Source: the human T2T-CHM13v2.0 reference genome, Homo sapiens
Direction: 5' to 3' (one strand)
Assembly (NCBI RefSeq): GCF_009914755.1
Contig: NC_060925.1
Length of the DNA stretch: 64,000 nucleotides
The first letter of the stretch is position 1, and each line of letters begins with the position of its first letter. Position numbers and translations under genes: made by a program. Shown here in pieces: positions 61,700 through 64,000 of the stretch. Under the pieces are notes generated by a model. The model was not told where the DNA came from. It saw only the letters and a list, made by a program, of their open reading frames with translations, and ran no database searches.

Positions 61700-62628
61700 A
61701 TTTTATTTCTTATGATTCGAGTTTGGATATCACAGCTGGTCTCCAAGCAGAAAAAGAGAGTTCCTACTCTCCTCCCCTTAACCCCATTAACTTTATCCTC
61801 AGAGTTACAGGCGGAACAGCTGGACATCTTGCAACCTTAGGTAGGGGTAGGTCTTGCCTTGACAGATTCACTACACACAAGGAAGCAGGAGTGTGTACAT
61901 TATTTTAGGCTTCCAGCTTCGAAAGAGAGAGCCAAAAGGGGCTGGCCTGGGCACGCACTAGGACCTTTTCCCCAAACTTCACTAATCAGAGTGGTTTTCT
62001 CTTCTGAAGGGGTTGGGGCCAGAGGAAGGGAGAGAAGGAGGGGTCTGAGGAGAAGGGCAGAACTGTTTTCCTACTACTTCCAAGCTGGCCAAAGTTCCTG
62101 TTTTATGGATGGATGCAATAACACAGGGAGAGGGAGAAATTTCCCCAACTCCAACCCTCAGTTATCAAAGAAAAACCCTTAGTTTGCAATTGATGTTGGA
62201 GATTCTGGGGTGTAGTGGTGAGGGATATATCTGTATTGGCAGTATCAGGTCTCAGCCCGACCAGCAACACATTTGATGATATCGCTTCTAAAAATCACTC
62301 GGTACCTCTGTACTAACTTTGGAGTCAAGTTTAAACTCCTCCTCAGGGCAAGACACTTCATGAGCAGCCCCTGGCCCCTCTGCAGTCTCACCTCCTGGTA
62401 TCCCACTGGCATCCCCCACAGCCATGGTAGAGAAGCCATGAACATGTTGCAACTCCTCACAACTCTAAGCCTTTGGAAATGTCATTTCTTCTCCCCCGGC
62501 TAATTCATATTCAGCTCTCAAGATTAGGCAGTTAACCATGAGCAGCTTCAAGGCAGGTTATGTTTTACCTATCTCTGTATCCTTGAGCCTCTCAAAGTAG
62601 CTGCCTTGAATGAGTTTCAAAAGGTTAG

Positions 62629-62985
<357 letters not shown>

Positions 62986-64000
62986 TAGGAGGTACTGGAT
63001 AAATTAATTTTTGAATCAAACCTCTTCTGAGCCTCTGTGATGTGGAAGGCATGGTGCTAGGCACTACTGGGGGTATACAAAATCGTGTCTCTGATTTAAG
63101 GAAATGAGAGTTCATGGGGAACAAGACATGAAAAGTTCATAAATATATTGCTTAAGGCACTGTGAGATAACTTGAAGTTAATTCTATAGAAATTTAAAAG
63201 GAGGGAACATTTCTGACTTATGTAACAATTATCACACACCCTCCTTTTCACTTGGAAATGGACTCTTAATCTGTTAATTATTTTCTTAACGGTTTAGAAG
63301 TGTCTTTTATTGTGTGGCTTGGATCTGTTTAAAAAGTAGGTGGGTCATAAATAATAAATAAAGAAAACAGGTGATCAGGCTTAGGAGGCCCTCTGGGTTG
63401 TGCGTTCAGACAGTATCCAAGAAGTTTGACTTGGTGTGAAAGGGTGGGATTACATGTTAATGATAGCAGGGTTTAGATTCTACACTGAAAGGAAGCAGTT
63501 AGTGAGCCCTGGGAGGAGTTGAAGGAAAGCAGTTACAAAAATGGATGCTTCCCAAGACCCTCCATTAAGCCTCCTGGGATAGGTCCCCTGTCTGTCCCTA
63601 GACTCCAGGGTACTGCTGGGCACTTCAAGAGAGACAGAGAATTTGAATACTCATGAGTCTTGGAATGTAGGAATAACAATTCATCCGAACAAGCAAACAT
63701 GATAGACAATTTTTTTTTTTACCCACTGAGGACATTGTGTCTAAAAATCTGATTTGTGCCCAGGAATTATCTGTATAGAATTTTCATTACTTTATAGAAT
63801 TGATATTGCATAGTTCTGTAGGATAAGGATCTAGCACTTGAGTTATGAATAGCTCAGGATGACATAACACACAATGGTTAGTTGGACTGGATATGTCCAT
63901 AAAGCTGAATTCTAATTCAACTATGAGCATCTCTGATTCTGCTTCTGATTCTAGGTGACTTTAATCCCAAATTGAATTTTCTGACATTTCTGTAAAATGG

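Overview
Human genomic DNA, shown by the human-specific AluYb8 and AluYg6-type insertions. The left end (~960-1830) is a CpG-island promoter with a non-coding first exon on the minus strand (~1473->1278, donor CAG|GTAGGA), so the gene body runs off the left edge; I cannot name the gene from this sequence. The other ~62 kb is upstream sequence dense in transposons: ~20 Alus, a full-length but disabled L1PA6/7-type LINE-1 with a perfect 17-bp TSD nested in an older L1M inside a MIR, a 5'-truncated L1PA4-like element, MaLR/ERV LTRs, hAT MITEs, and L2/MIR relics. No intact cellular protein-coding exon is supported. Most ORF-track entries are chance ORFs or Alu/L1 fragments. The most notable structure is the L1 at 58.8-60.9 kb, which appears to carry a serial 3' transduction (three poly(A) tails separated by two non-L1PA segments, all inside one TSD that splits an L2). 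Other leads: a near-consensus CTCF site, a (CAGC)15 repeat in the 5' UTR, a candidate 21-nt plus-strand microexon, a truncated L1 ORF0, and an L1 endonuclease site apparently used twice. I found no evidence of a wholly new biological system. Repeat subfamily calls are by eye from remembered consensus features, and boundaries without TSDs are approximate.
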